A DNA stretch of 64,000 bases from Carcharhinus longimanus (lineage: Eukaryota). Numbering within the stretch: position 1 is the first letter of the stretch; the number at the start of each line of letters is the position of its first letter. The position numbers and the translations under genes are program-made. A model generated the notes under the pieces. That model ran no database searches. It was not told the origin of the DNA and was given only the letters and a program-made list of their open reading frames with translations. The stretch covers positions 21,469,147 through 21,533,146 of the forward strand of contig JASCQW010000098.1 in NCBI GenBank assembly GCA_030264375.1, in the 5' to 3' direction. Shown here piece by piece: positions 14,176 through 26,250 of this stretch.

Positions 14176-14400
14176 TAAGGCAGATTACCTTCCCTAAAGG
14201 ACGTTAGTGAACCAGATGGGTTTTCCCAACAATCAACAACGGTTTTACAATCATCAGTAGGTTCTTGATTCCAGATTTTTTTTTATTGAATTCAAATTCC
14301 ACTACCTGCAATGGCGAGATTCAAACTTGGGATCCCAGAACATTAGCTGAGTTTCTGGATTGATAGTCTAGCAATAATGCCAATAGGCTATCGCCTCCTC
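14176..14400 (-). mobile_element. tRNA-derived SINE fragment
   Basis: Same family as 2490-2830. Confidence 0.7.
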
Positions 14401-15159
14401 AACAGCTCATTGTCCTGACTGCTCAGCTAGTGTGGAGGGCTGTTAAAAGTTAAACACATTAATATTGGATCCAAGTGGGCAAGGACAACAAGTTTGATTC
14501 ACTAAAGGGTATGAGTGAAGTGAACCACTCGGGTTGTTCACAACATGGAGCTTTTGTTTATTGCATCTTTTTAATTGCAGATTTTGAAAACTTTTCAAGA
14601 ACAGGTTAGAAGCTGAGTAGTCAAAGAGAAACAGTTATTGTTCACAGAGGGCAGTAGCGTCAGAGAGAACAGAAACTGCGAGAGAGAGAAAGACACCGGA
14701 AGGATGAGGACAAATATTATAGATACTGCAAAACAAGGTGACAGAGGCAAAGGTAAAAATACATTGTTTCAAAAATTTACAGAGAAAAGAAGGAGAAATA
14801 GAACACAGAGACAAACACGAAGACAAACATTCACACTTTCTATTAATAGGAAAGAAAGAAAATATATAAACTGCAGTTACACTAGAGAGAAAATATCACA
14901 AAAGCTAAGGAGAATACAAAACTCATTTTTTGTCATCTGTCTGAGCATTGTTATTGGTCTCCCTGTCTCTCAAGAAACAATGGGTACATGCCAATGGCCA
15001 TGCCTAGAGGGTTTTCCAAGCAAGAGAAAACCCCCTCTCAGCCTTGCTGCTGGAGTAATAAGGACTGCAAAGCACATCGTTTGGCACCAATTTTGCTGCA
15101 GGAACTGTCAGAACATTCTTCATCGCAAAGCACGCACACACACTAACTGGTATCTTAAC

Positions 15160-16525
15160 AAGGCCAATCCTCCTAAGCTGCACATCTTTGGACACTAAGG
15201 GGCAATTTAGCCTGGCCAATCCTCCTAACCTGCACCTAATCTGGACTATGGAAGGAAACCCACACACACACACGGGGAGAATGCACAAACTCCACAGACA
15301 GACACCCAAGGCCGGTCAAACCCAGGTCCCTGGCACCGTGAGGCCTCCGTATACATAGGATCTGCTCAGATGAGGAAGATCATAGCAGACACTTCCAGGC
15401 ATTGAGAGGTGCCCACATAAGAACAGGATATGGCGCTTGACTCATCAATCGACAGTTCCAATGCGCCATAGTAAAGAACCGCGCCAGCTTCCTCAGAAGA
15501 CAAACATGGAACATCGCGGACAGAGTACCCTTCATCGTCCAGTACTTCCCCGCAGTGGAGAAACTATGACATCTTTTCTGGAGCCTTCAACATGTCATTG
15601 ATGAAGACGAACATCTCGCCAATGCCATTCCCACACCCCCCGCTTCTTGCCTTCAAACAACCGCACAATCTCAAACAGACCATTGTCCACAGCAAACTAC
15701 TCAGCCTTCAGGAGAACAGTGACCACAACACCACACAACCCTGTCACAGCAACCTCTGCAAGACGTGCCGGATCATTGACACGGGTGCCATCATTTCACG
15801 TGAGAATACCATCTACCGGGTACACGGTGCATATTCTTGCAACTCGGCCAACGTTGTCTACCTGATACACTGCAGGAAAGGATGTCTTGAGGCAGGTACA
15901 TTGGGGAGACCATGTAGACGCTACGACCATGGATGAATGAACACCGCTTGACAATCACCAGACAAGAGTGTTCACTTCCTGTTGGGGAACACTTCAGCGG
16001 TTACGGGCATTCAGTCTCTGATCTTCGGGTAAGCGTTCTCCAAGACGGCCTTCACGACACAGAGTCGCTGGGCAGAGACTGATAGCAAGTTCCGCACACA
16101 TGAGGACGGCCTCAACAGGGATCTTGGATTCATGTCACACTATCTGTAACCTCCACAACTTGCCTGGGCTTGCAAAATCTCACTAATTATCCTGGCTGGA
16201 TTAAACGCTTGTCTCTTAAATCTGTGCTTAACCCTCTCTCCACTCACATTTTCTGTACCCTTAAGACTTGATTACCTGTAAAGACTCACATTCCAGCCAT
16301 TATTTTGTAAACGGAGTTTGTGTCTTTATGTGCCCTGTTTGTGAACTGAAATCCCACTCACCTGACGAAGGGGCAGCGCTCCAAGAGCTAGTGGCTTGTG
16401 CTACCAAATAAACCCGTTGGACTTTAATCTGGTGTTGTGAGACTTCTTACTGTGTTTCCTCCAGTCCAACACCGGAGTCTCCACACTGTGAGGCAGCAGT
16501 GCTAACCACTGTGCCACCATGCCGT
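15160..16525 (-). mobile_element. HE1-like SINE split by the Penelope insertion
   Basis: SINE body at 15160-15344 resumes at 16484-16525 (gtgaggcagcagtgctaaccactgtgccaccatgccg). Confidence 0.85.
15345..16483 (+). mobile_element. Penelope-like retroelement, 5'-truncated (RT C-terminus, GIY-YIG endonuclease, pLTR)
   Basis: Translations RVPFIVQYFP, PPLLAFKQPHNLKQTIVHS, PCHSNLCKTC, CNSANVVYLIHCRKGC, then a frameshifted YIGET..RMNEHR (GIY-YIG). The 3' end has aataaacccgttggactttaatctggtgttg. Confidence 0.9.
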
Positions 16526-17566
16526 ACAAACAACATATCATATATTACTTTTTGATTAATTAACTGATTTTTTAAAGACTACTTTTGTGATGGATTTAAT
16601 GACCACATTAGATTTTCTACCCATCCACTCTGACTAGGAACTTGAGCCCAGCTCTTCAGACATCTTAAAAATCTGAGAATACAGCATTCCAGGAAATGTG
16701 ACAAGGCAAAAGGAAAAGAGAGAAATGGGTGGTGAGGAGGACAATCGAAGAATAGAAGGAGGCCACTCAGTTTGTCATTGTCTGAGCTCGAACAAGGAGA
16801 AAGAGAATGGGAAAATGCAGAAAAAAATCTGAGGAAGAAAGAGGGAAACCGAGACAAAAGCAGAATAAGCTCTTAATCAGAAAATGTCCTTACTTTTAGA
16901 AGCTTGGGGTTCAATTGTGGGGCATTTTTGACAGAATTAAATGGACATAAATTCCCATAAAAGTTTGTGGGAGTTCAAGAAATGATAATTGTGCACACAT
17001 CATGCAGATATAGATGTATTCTTGCCCTGTAGGCAATGCAAAATGATGTTCTTCAGGATGAAATACATCACAGAACAGAGAGAACAAGAGCCTTCTTTAT
17101 CTTGAACATTTTGAAGTTATCAGCTGAGGACTTAAGTTTGCAATTTGTAGATCCAAAGTCAAAATAAATTTGCTATTCAAAGATCAAAGTCTCAGTTGCA
17201 TTAATGTTGTGACTGTGTTCAGTTTGATTCATACACATATATATAGATATAATTTCAGTGCAGATTGGAATTATACCACCACCATAAGGAATACTTGTCA
17301 GATATTATCTGTTTCCATAAAACAGATCCAAAAAGCATTGAAGTTCAGCAAAACGGAGTGGTGTTCCTATATTTGTATTTCATGGTTCCAAAGGGAACTT
17401 GAGTTACCATATCAGGTAAATATATGCACCAAAAGCAAACATTTTTTTTTAATTTTAAACATCATTAAGCCCATTGAAAGGACCTGTTTGTGATTTTTTT
17501 AAAATGTGGGTAGACTACCTGTCAATTTGCAACATAGCATTGCCCTCTGTGCCATTTTTGACCTAC

Positions 17567-17695
17567 CTGTGAATACGTCTCTGTTCGGGGTAACAGGGAG
17601 ACATCATAGGAGGTTGCAAAGTGGTTTCGAGCCTGTTGTAGCTGTCCATAGCGTTCCCTCTTTCTCCATTTTGCTCTCCTATTTTGAAACCAAAC
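17567..17695 (-). CDS. Internal exon (exon-3 equivalent) of an ALX-family aristaless-like homeobox gene (ALX1/ALX3/ALX4 group; exact paralogue unresolved)
   Basis: Minus strand reads tttatttctttgcag|GTTTGG...TCACAG|gtaggt. The exon is 129 nt, phase 0/0, and encodes [43 protein letters not shown]: Q50 paired-class helix 3 plus the ALX-specific post-homeodomain motif. Length and intron positions match ALX1/ALX4 exon 3 as I recall them. Confidence 0.95.
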
Positions 17696-18829
17696 CTGCA
17701 AAGAAATAAAAGGCCTTTGTTCTAATTTGCCACAAATTAGGCTGCTAATCGACATTGGGCTATACAGGTCGGCAGCAATGGAGCTCCTTCATTTGGTACG
17801 AATTCGGAGGAAAATCCTCTGAAACCTTTAGCCGTGGATATTTTTAAACTTTCTTATGTGGGGGATTCCTTGAAGATATTGGAGCAGCCCCAAGGAATCC
17901 CTTCAAATATTAACAAGATCCCAGTGTTCACTGCTTTAACTTTAGAAAGACTTGCCAACATACTTTTGCTGGTATATTTTAAGAGCAAACATTTGCTAAT
18001 GAGTAAATACAAACTCACACGACTGCACAGACATCGGTTTGAAAATTTTTGCTTTATGGATGCAATGGGATAAAAATTCACCCTGGCCAGTTGTGTCAAA
18101 TGGACAACAACAAATTGGCAGACTTTCGAAAATCAAGTACATTCTTGATCTACAAGGAGATCAAGTGATTTGGATGGAATTCACAAGCAGAAAAAGTAGT
18201 TGAGGCCAAAACATTGTGTGATTTCAAGAAGGAATTACATACAGCTCTCTGGGCTAAAGGGATCAAGGGATCTGGGGGAAAGTGGCGGGGGGGAGGGGTG
18301 GATCAGGATATTGTTGGTCAGCTATGATCAAAATGAATGGTGTAGCAGGCTTGAAGGGCTGAATGGCCTGCCCCTGCTTCTATTTTGAACATTTCTATGT
18401 CAAGCCAGTAATGAACCCAATCCCTGGCACAATGAAGCAGCAGTGCTAACCAACGTGCCACCCCTACCAAGTGCTGTATAAATGCAATGTGAAATATGCT
18501 ATATGAATGCTATATTAAATACATACACATTAATGCATCAATACTTGTTTAGATTGGATTTGGAAGACAAGTCAAAGCAACATGTTTACCCTGTTAAATC
18601 ATCTCTGTCAGACTATTAATGAGTTTGAGGACCCATGAATAAAGGACTACAATCCTGGTCTACCATAAAGGCAAATGATGATTATTCACAGGCATCCTTT
18701 TTCGTCTGGGTGCCAAACATTATGAGGGCATTAGGGACCATGTACTTCCAATGGATTCATTCATGATTATACTTGGCAAAACACTGCAGTGGTGGTGTAT
18801 TGTAGTGATATGTATTCATTAGGCATAAA

Positions 18830-19012
18830 GGTAAAATTACCAGAGTCCCAGATGCCAACTGTTGATGATTTAACCTGAGGATCACCAGACCACAGGGAAG
18901 GGACAAAGAGGACCTTCATGAACAACCTCAGCTGGAACGGGAATTGAACTTGGGCTGTTGGCATTGCTCTGCATCAACTACTAACCAGCTGTCCAGCCAA
19001 CTGAGCTAACCG
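18830..19012 (-). mobile_element. tRNA-derived SINE, third family
   Basis: Minus strand begins cggttagctcagttggctggacagctgg (A box) ... aagttcaattccc (B box). Confidence 0.65.
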
Positions 19013-19254
19013 NNNNNNNNNNNNNNNNNNNNNNNNNNNNNNNNNNNNNNNNNNNNNNNNNNNNNNNNNNNNNNNNNNNNNNNNNNNNNNNNNNNNNNNN
19101 NNNNNNNNNNNNCAAAAGAGAAAATGCTGGAAAATCTCAGCAGATCTGGCAGCATCTGTAAGGAGAGAAAAGAGCTGACGTTTTGAGTCCAGCTGATCCT
19201 TTTTCAAAGTTTTGACCTGCTGAGATTTTCCAGCATTTTCTCTTTCGGTTAAAA

Positions 19255-19493
19255 GTCTATTAGTCACAAGTAGGCTTACATTAACACTGCAATGAAGTTG
19301 CTGTGAAAATCCTCAAGTCGCCACACTCTGGCGTCTATTTGGGTACACTGAGGGGGAACTTAGCATGGCCAACACGCCTAACTAGCACATCTTTTGGACT
19401 GTGGGAGAAAACTGGAGCACTCGGAGGAAACCCATGCAGACAGGGGAATCCATACAAACTGTGAGGCAGCAGTGCTAACGACTGTGCCACTGT
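19255..19493 (-). mobile_element. HE1-like SINE
   Basis: tattagtcacaagtaggcttacattaacactgcaatgaag...gtgaggcagcagtgctaacgactgtgccac; close relative at 48085-48380. Confidence 0.85.
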
Positions 19494-19504
19494 GCAGCTC
19501 TCAA

Positions 19505-20190
19505 TATTAATAGAATTAGTAATGGGGAATAGAGAAATGGTGGAGAAACTAAACAATCACCTTTTGTCTGCTTTTGTGGAGGAAGATAAAGAAAATCTCT
19601 CAGAAAGACTAGGGAACCAAGGGTGTGTGAAAATTAAGATCTGAAAGAAATATGTATTAATAAAGAGGTAGCACTTGAAAAATTAGTTGGTTTGAAGCTT
19701 GATAAATCCCCTGGACCTGATGAACGACATTCTAAAGTGTTGAAGAAGGTGATTGCAGAGATAATGGATTCGTTTTGTGGTTATCTTCCAAATTTCAAGA
19801 GATTAATGAAAAGCTTCTGTAGGCTGGAAAGTGGCAAATGAATCCCACTATTTTAAAAGTAAGGGAGAGATAAAACAAAGAACTACAGATCTTTAGTTTG
19901 CTATCAGAGGTAGAGACATATAAGTTCAAACCCGATATGAAATATGTGATAACTCAACACTTGGAAAATAGTTACGTGATTGGGCAGGGTCAACATGGAT
20001 TAACAAATGGGAAACCATGTTTAACAAATGTGTTGGTGATTTTGTGGACGTTACTTATAGCAAAAATAAGGGAGAACCAGTGGATGTGGTGTATTTGGAT
20101 TTTCTAATGGCTTTTGACAAGGTCCAAAACAGTATTAGGGTTCATGGAATTGGGAGCAATATATTCACATGGACCAGAACTGGTTAAGAG
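19505..20190 (+). mobile_element. CR1 LINE ORF2 fragment
   Basis: DKSPGPDE, QHGLTNGKPCLTN and VDVVYLDF motifs. Confidence 0.85.
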
Positions 20191-20199
20191 AGAAAATAC

Positions 20200-20267
20200 A
20201 GTAAAAAGTCTGACAACACCAGGTTTAAGTCCAACCGATTTATTTGATAGTAAACTCACTAGCTTTT
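20200..20267 (-). mobile_element. Penelope pLTR end running into an N gap
   Basis: Reverse complement matches 39230-39293 and 16390-16450. Confidence 0.7.
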
Positions 20268-21254
20268 NNNNNNNNNNNNNNNNNNNNNNNNNNNNNNNNN
20301 NNNNNNNNNNNNNNNNNNNNNNNNNNNNNNNNNNNNNNNNNNNNNNNNNNNNNNNNNNNNNNNNNNNNNNNNNNNNNNNNNNNNNNNNNNNNNNNNNNNN
20401 NNNNNNNNNNNNNNNNNNNNNNNNNNNNNNNNNNNNNNNNNNNNNNNNNNNNNNNNNNNNNNNNNNNNNNNNNNNNNNNNNNNNNNNNNNNNNNNNNNNN
20501 NNNNNNNNNNNNNNNNNNNNNNNNNNNNNNNNNNNNNNNNNNNNNNNNNNNNNNNNNNNNNNNNNNNNNNNNNNNNNNNNNNNNNNNNNNNNNNNNNNNN
20601 NNNNNNNNNNNNNNNNNNNNNNNNNNNNNNNNNNNNNNNNNNNNNNNNNNNNNNNNNNNNNNNNNNNNNNNNNNNNNNNNNNNNNNNNNNNNNNNNNNNN
20701 NNNNNNNNNNNNNNNNNNNNNNNNNNNNNNNNNNNNNNNNNNNNNNNNNNNNNNNNNNNNNNNNNNNNNNNNNNNNNNNNNNNNNNNNNNNNNNNNNNNN
20801 NNNNNNNNNNNNNNNNNNNNNNNNNNNNNNNNNNNNNNNNNNNNNNNNNNNNNNNNNNNNNNNNNNNNNNNNNNNNNNNNNNNNNNNNNNNNNNNNNNNN
20901 NNNNNNNNNNNNNNNNNNNNNNNNNNNNNNNNNNNNNNNNNNNNNNNNNNNNNNNNNNNNNNNNNNNNNNNNNNNNNNNNNNNNNNNNNNNNNNNNNNNN
21001 NNNNNNNNNNNNNNNNNNNNNNNNNNNNNNNNNNNNNNNNNNNNNNNNNNNNNNNNNNNNNNNCTGAAGGCCCTGTTTCCTGTGCTGTATTGTTCTTTGT
21101 TCTTTGAGAGACCAAAAGATTGATGGAAGGTATAGTTTCTTTGGATATTCTTAAAGAAAGAACAAGAGATAGGAATCAAATCTCGTAAAAGTATTGAATA
21201 AATTGGGAATGGAACTGCATTGATTAAGCTAGAAAGTCTGAAGGAACAAATGTC

Positions 21255-21960
21255 TTCTTCTTGGGTCACTCTTTGGGATCAAGGTTGACTCCACTCCAAT
21301 TCGATGGCTTTTGAGGTGGCTGATCAGTTCAATGCATGATCATCAGATTTGGCAACATGAGAAGCAATTGATGCTTTGTGGTTCAGGTAGGATAAGGTGT
21401 TTGGAGGTTTGTGCACTCTCTTCCATACTTTGCCTTCACCTCTGTGTGTTCACAGTGAAGCCTCTTGATGTACCTTCCCAAATGAACCTTTTCTATTTCA
21501 GTTGGTCACATGCCGTTTACGCCCATGAATTGACAGAGATGTTTGATCTCTTCGAGGGATGCCATAAGGACATCCCTCCTTTATTTCCACTGGCCTCCTG
21601 GGAGTCTCCTACCATGACTGAGTTCCAAATGGAGAAGTTGCATCTTGTTTCAGGCACATGAATGACATCCTACCCAGCAGAGCTGATTTTGAATATTTCA
21701 CTCCTTGATGCTGGACATGTTGGTTTTGGAAACTGTGCTACTGCTGAACCCCCTTCCTCGTCAATGGATTTCAAGGATGCAAAGGAACCACTTGTGGTAC
21801 TTCTCCAGTGCTTTGAGTTGCCTGCTGTAAGTTGACCAAGCCTCTGAAGATTATAGGAGTGCAGAAACTACTGTTGTCTGATAAATCATAACCTTAGCCT
21901 CAGTTTGAGATCCTGGCCATCAAATGCTCCTTACTACAAGGCACAAATGTAATGATGGCA
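21255..21960 (-). mobile_element. RTE-clade LINE RT C-terminal fragment
   Basis: Minus-strand remnants such as SEAWSTYSRQLKALEKYH and a decayed QLxWxGHV...GRLPGGQW region, typical of the RTE/BovB-like 3' end. Confidence 0.65.
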
Positions 21961-21984
21961 CAATAGAAGGAGGATACACGAACA

Positions 21985-22400
21985 GCCAAAGTCATAGGAG
22001 TGGAGAATTTTGGAAGGGTATTAGTGCTGGAGAAGGCTAAAAATGGGGAGAGGCACAGTGATGAAAGGATCAAACTCAAGGTTGAAAATTTGAGATAAAA
22101 GGCACTGGGGAACGAAGAACCAGTTTAGTTCAGCAAAGATTGGGTGATTTGTGAGTCAGACTTGATGTAGACTAGGAGACAAGCAGCACAGTTTTTGATC
22201 AGTTGAATTTTATAGGCAGTGAGTATTATGAAGCCAACTAGCAAAGCATTGAAATAGGCATATTTAGATGATAGTTTAAAAGGTATATGGGCATGGGCTG
22301 GCAGTAGGGTTTTTTTTGTGATGGAGAGGCGTATCAAATAAGAAGCTGAGTACAGGGTCGAGTATTATAGCTATGAATATTGTGCACAATCCTCTTTAGA
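21985..22400 (-). mobile_element. Old L2-like LINE fragment
   Basis: Heavily decayed; similar sequence near 27080-27200. Confidence 0.4.
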
Positions 22401-23469
22401 GTGAGATGCTTGTTAGGAAAGGACTCAGCTCAATAGCCATGACAGCCCTCACAGTAACCGTCTGTTTACCAGATAAGGAGTAATATTGAGAAGGAACAAT
22501 GTGGAGCGTATTCACTCAGCCTTTTTGCAGCACATTATTCAGTACAAATATCATCTCTACATAACATCTTCATCAAGCATTAATAGGTGTGACATTCTAA
22601 AATCAAATTTCTCCCAGTCTATTGTTCTGATCGAGCATGAATGATATTAACATTGACTGGAGTTAATAACTTTATGTATTTTGGATGTTTTGATATATTC
22701 GTGGAAGTGATGAGAGCTGAGACCCTCTTGCAAGCATTAATGACCTGAGGAACATACAGCACTGCAGAGACGCAAGTGAAATCAAAAATCAATTTGCTAA
22801 TAATGCTGAACATCATTCTTGTAAAAACTCAAATTGCCCACATCAGATCTGTTCATGCCCGGGCACTGAAAGAACATTTGAAACTTTGATTCATTCTCAT
22901 ATATTAACCAAATGCCAAGAGGTGCTTGTAAAGCCGTAAACAGTTAGGTTCCTATTTTCAAACAGTGAAAAGCTGACAAAACAAAAGCAAGAATGCATCT
23001 ACTTGCAGAAAGAACAGTGATTAATTAGTGTTTGGCAGCAAGCAATTCACTTTACTCAGTTTACTGGCTGTATTTCACCTTGTGTATACAATACCCTTAT
23101 TAGTATGCTTTAATTTTACTGCTCATGCAATTTTGATCCTGGAATATCAACAACAACACATTTTCCATTTCATTATTTAAAGGAGAAAATCTAACTATCT
23201 TTAGGCCGTATAACTTGGTTGCTTAAGGTTTATTACCTAAACCTTTGTTTAGGTAACAAATCTTTGTTAATCCCATTTTTAGCAAAGTTTGTACAATTTG
23301 AAGAAATTTCACAGCTTTAGCAATTTTAACACATCATATACACCAAACATTTTTTGAATAAGTCATTAAGCCAAAGGCACGCCTGTAATGTCCTAAATGG
23401 ACATTACAGGGGTGATTCTTCCAATAGATCATTAAATCAAAGCCCTGCTTACACTTTTAAATGGACATT

Positions 23470-24480
23470 GCAGGGGCGATTCTCTCCAGAGAAACCTAAA
23501 TGCCCAACAGGAGAGAATACAGGAGTCTTTCCCGCCCATTTTTTAGACAAGCTGAGTGGAGTGAATCTCTGGGACTCTGTGCACCACAGAGTACCTAATG
23601 CAATTCATGCCCATATGGGTAGGGGGAGAAGAGTCTGAACCCACCAGAAATACTGGTCTTAATGTGCTCATTGGGCCTCTATATGTGCCATCTNNNNNNN
23701 NNNNNNNNNNNNNNNNNNNNNNNNNNNNNNNNNNNNNNNNNNNNNNNNNNNNNNNNNNNNNNNNNNNNNNNNNNNNNNNNNNNNNNNNNNNNNGTGGGGA
23801 AGATCAACAATTGCGCACGGCACGCCCCCCCCCCCCCCCATTACCAGCATACATGACCCTTTATCCCCCGATCGCTGGTCTCCGCAACCCCCCCACTCCC
23901 CTGATCACTGGCCTCTACGACCCTGCCAATCACCAGCCTCTGTCACCCCCTCCTGATTGTCGGCCTCAGTAACCTCCCCAGCCCCCTGATCGCCGGCCTC
24001 CATGACACCCCCCATTCCCATGGCCAGNNNNNNNNNNAACCTCCCCACCTTGGCCAACCTGATATCCCCACCCCATATCCAACTCAAACCCTCCTGCCCA
24101 TGTCCATCCTGATTCACCCTTCCCCATGACCAGCCCCGATTGCCCCAATTCCTTCTTAACACCACCGATTCCTGCAGAGCGCGCAGTGGATTTTCCCCAC
24201 CACCACCAATCATCCACAATATGCCCCCAGTATGTCCCCTCAGACCACACCCCCTTGGCACTGCTCAGTACCCAGTCGGCACTACCAGGCTGGCAGTGCC
24301 AAGTTCACACTACTCAAGGGGCACTGTTGACTTCCAATTAATTATTGTTCCTGTTGCATTCTTGTTTTTGTTTTATCTTTTGTTTAAAAGTACGAACCTA
24401 ACCATTTACAGTTTTACAGACCCCCTGCTGATATTTCCCAGCCCGCTGCACTTCTTTAAATCACAGCATGCCAGGAGAAT
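23470..24480. mobile_element. Non-autonomous Harbinger-like element
   Basis: Left end ggggcgattctctcc, right end ggagaatcgc; shares the C-rich core with 28485-29545. Confidence 0.55.
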
Positions 24481-24489
24481 CGCATCCAA

Positions 24490-24730
24490 CATATCCCACC
24501 ATTTTATTTGAAGAGGAGCTAGGGTATCCTCCCAACTATTTTGGCAACTATCCCTCAATTAAAAGAGGTTAGCTGGTCTTTGTCGCATTGCTGTATTTTT
24601 TGGAGTTGGCTGGGCACGAATTGGCTTTCCTGTTTCCTAGATTACAGCAGTGCGTCAGTATCTCAAAAGTACATCATTGATTGTAAAGCACTTTGAGATG
24701 CCCTGCAGTTGTGAAAGGTACTGTACAAAT
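24490..24730 (+). mobile_element. Deu-domain SINE (SacSINE1/AmnSINE-like) with L2-type tail
   Basis: ttgaagaggagc...tggtctttgtcgcattgctgt...aattggc...caaaagtacatcattgattgtaaagcactttgagatg. Related pieces at 45940-46340 and 47360-47450. Confidence 0.6.
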
Positions 24731-25892
24731 CTGTTGAGTGAACTACATCAAAACAGCACAGTGAGATGAGGCTGGATTCAGTTTGGGTTAGGAAAATTAA
24801 ACCTGAGGCTGCAAAAGGAGACATATAAATTTGATGAGTGAAGTACAGAGAACAGAGACAGTGAGAGGGGTTGGATTCAGTTTCAACTCTAAGAATTAGA
24901 CCTGAGACTGTATCAAATCTCTTTCAAAACCTATCCAATATCACAAAATACAATGCCCAGAAGTGAAAAAAAACTTCATCCCTAATATTATTCACTGACT
25001 CATCAACCTTAAACTAATGCTCTACTCTTTACATTAACATCACCGGAAAGAAATTTGTCATTTTTATTGATCATCTCGAGCTTGTTTTTTTTAAAAAATA
25101 TGATCGTTCCTTAGATATCAGAGGTCAAAAGTCAAAGTGATTCCTTCTTGAAAGCTTTTGAATCTTGCATTAAGCTTAGAAGATACAACATCAGACACTC
25201 TGGAGTCCTTGAATCAATGATGAAAGTCCTTGGACACGTAAACATTCTCATCTAATGCACAAACTTTTCCCATTAGATGCTTGAGTTTCCCACACATCAT
25301 CACATGTGATCTTCCTTTCAGAAGTTTTAGATGTTTCTCAAGAGAAGATACAATATTGGAAGCTAGATCTAATATATTGATGCAAAAAATTTTGCATCAA
25401 ATGTCAATCTTTTTGTTACTGCATTTTGATAGCCCTCCAGCGTGCAAGAGTCTAGGAAAAGTTTATGGGCCCAGATGATTAGCTTCTGNNNNNNNNNNNN
25501 NNNNNNNNNNNNNNNNNNNNNNNNNNNNNNNNNNNNNNNNNNNNNNNNNNNNNNNNNNNNNNNNNNNNNNNNNNNNNNNNNNNNNNNNNNNNNNNNNNNN
25601 NNNCCCCCCCCCTCCCCGACCTCCTCCCTCTCCAACAATAAAGCTGTGATATAGGAGGGGCAGAGCTGCTAGTTTTCACAGTGCCGACAGCATGAATTCC
25701 TGGCTTCTCAGAGTATTGCTGATGTGAAGTTAGGTGTATCAAGCTGTTAAATGGCTGTAGTGAGCCAGTTCACAGGCAGAGACGAGCCATGATCCGCCAA
25801 ACAAACTGAAGAAACATGAGGAGGGCAATTGCACGCACCACCTTGGTCTTTCTGGAGGGTAGTCGTGCAATTCTCCAGCCCTGGCAGCACAG

Positions 25893-26250
25893 GATCATCG
25901 CATCCCCACAGTGCAGAAGAGGCTATTTGTCCCATTGAGTTCGCACCCACTGTGACAGAGTGTCTTACCCAGGCCGTCTCAGCCACCCTATTCCTGTAAA
26001 CCCACAGATTTACAATGTCTAATCCAATCAAACCTACATATCTTTGGACATTAAGGGGCAATTTAGCATGGCCAATCCACCTAACCTGTACACATGTTTA
26101 GATTGTAGGAGGAAACCAGAGCACCAGGAAGAAACCCTGCAGACATGGGGAGAACATCCAAACTCCACACAGACAGTTACCTGAGGCTAGAATTGAACCA
26201 GGGTCCCTGGAGCTGTGAGGCAGTAGTGCTAACCACTGTGCCACCGTGCC
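25893..26250 (-). mobile_element. HE1-like SINE
   Basis: Full SINE: LINE-derived tail through gtgaggcagtagtgctaaccactgtgccaccgtgcc. Confidence 0.9.

Noticed and set aside
14638-15198. 186-aa Arg/Lys-rich ORF
   Set aside because: Purine-rich low-complexity sequence running into a SINE; no domain or splice support.
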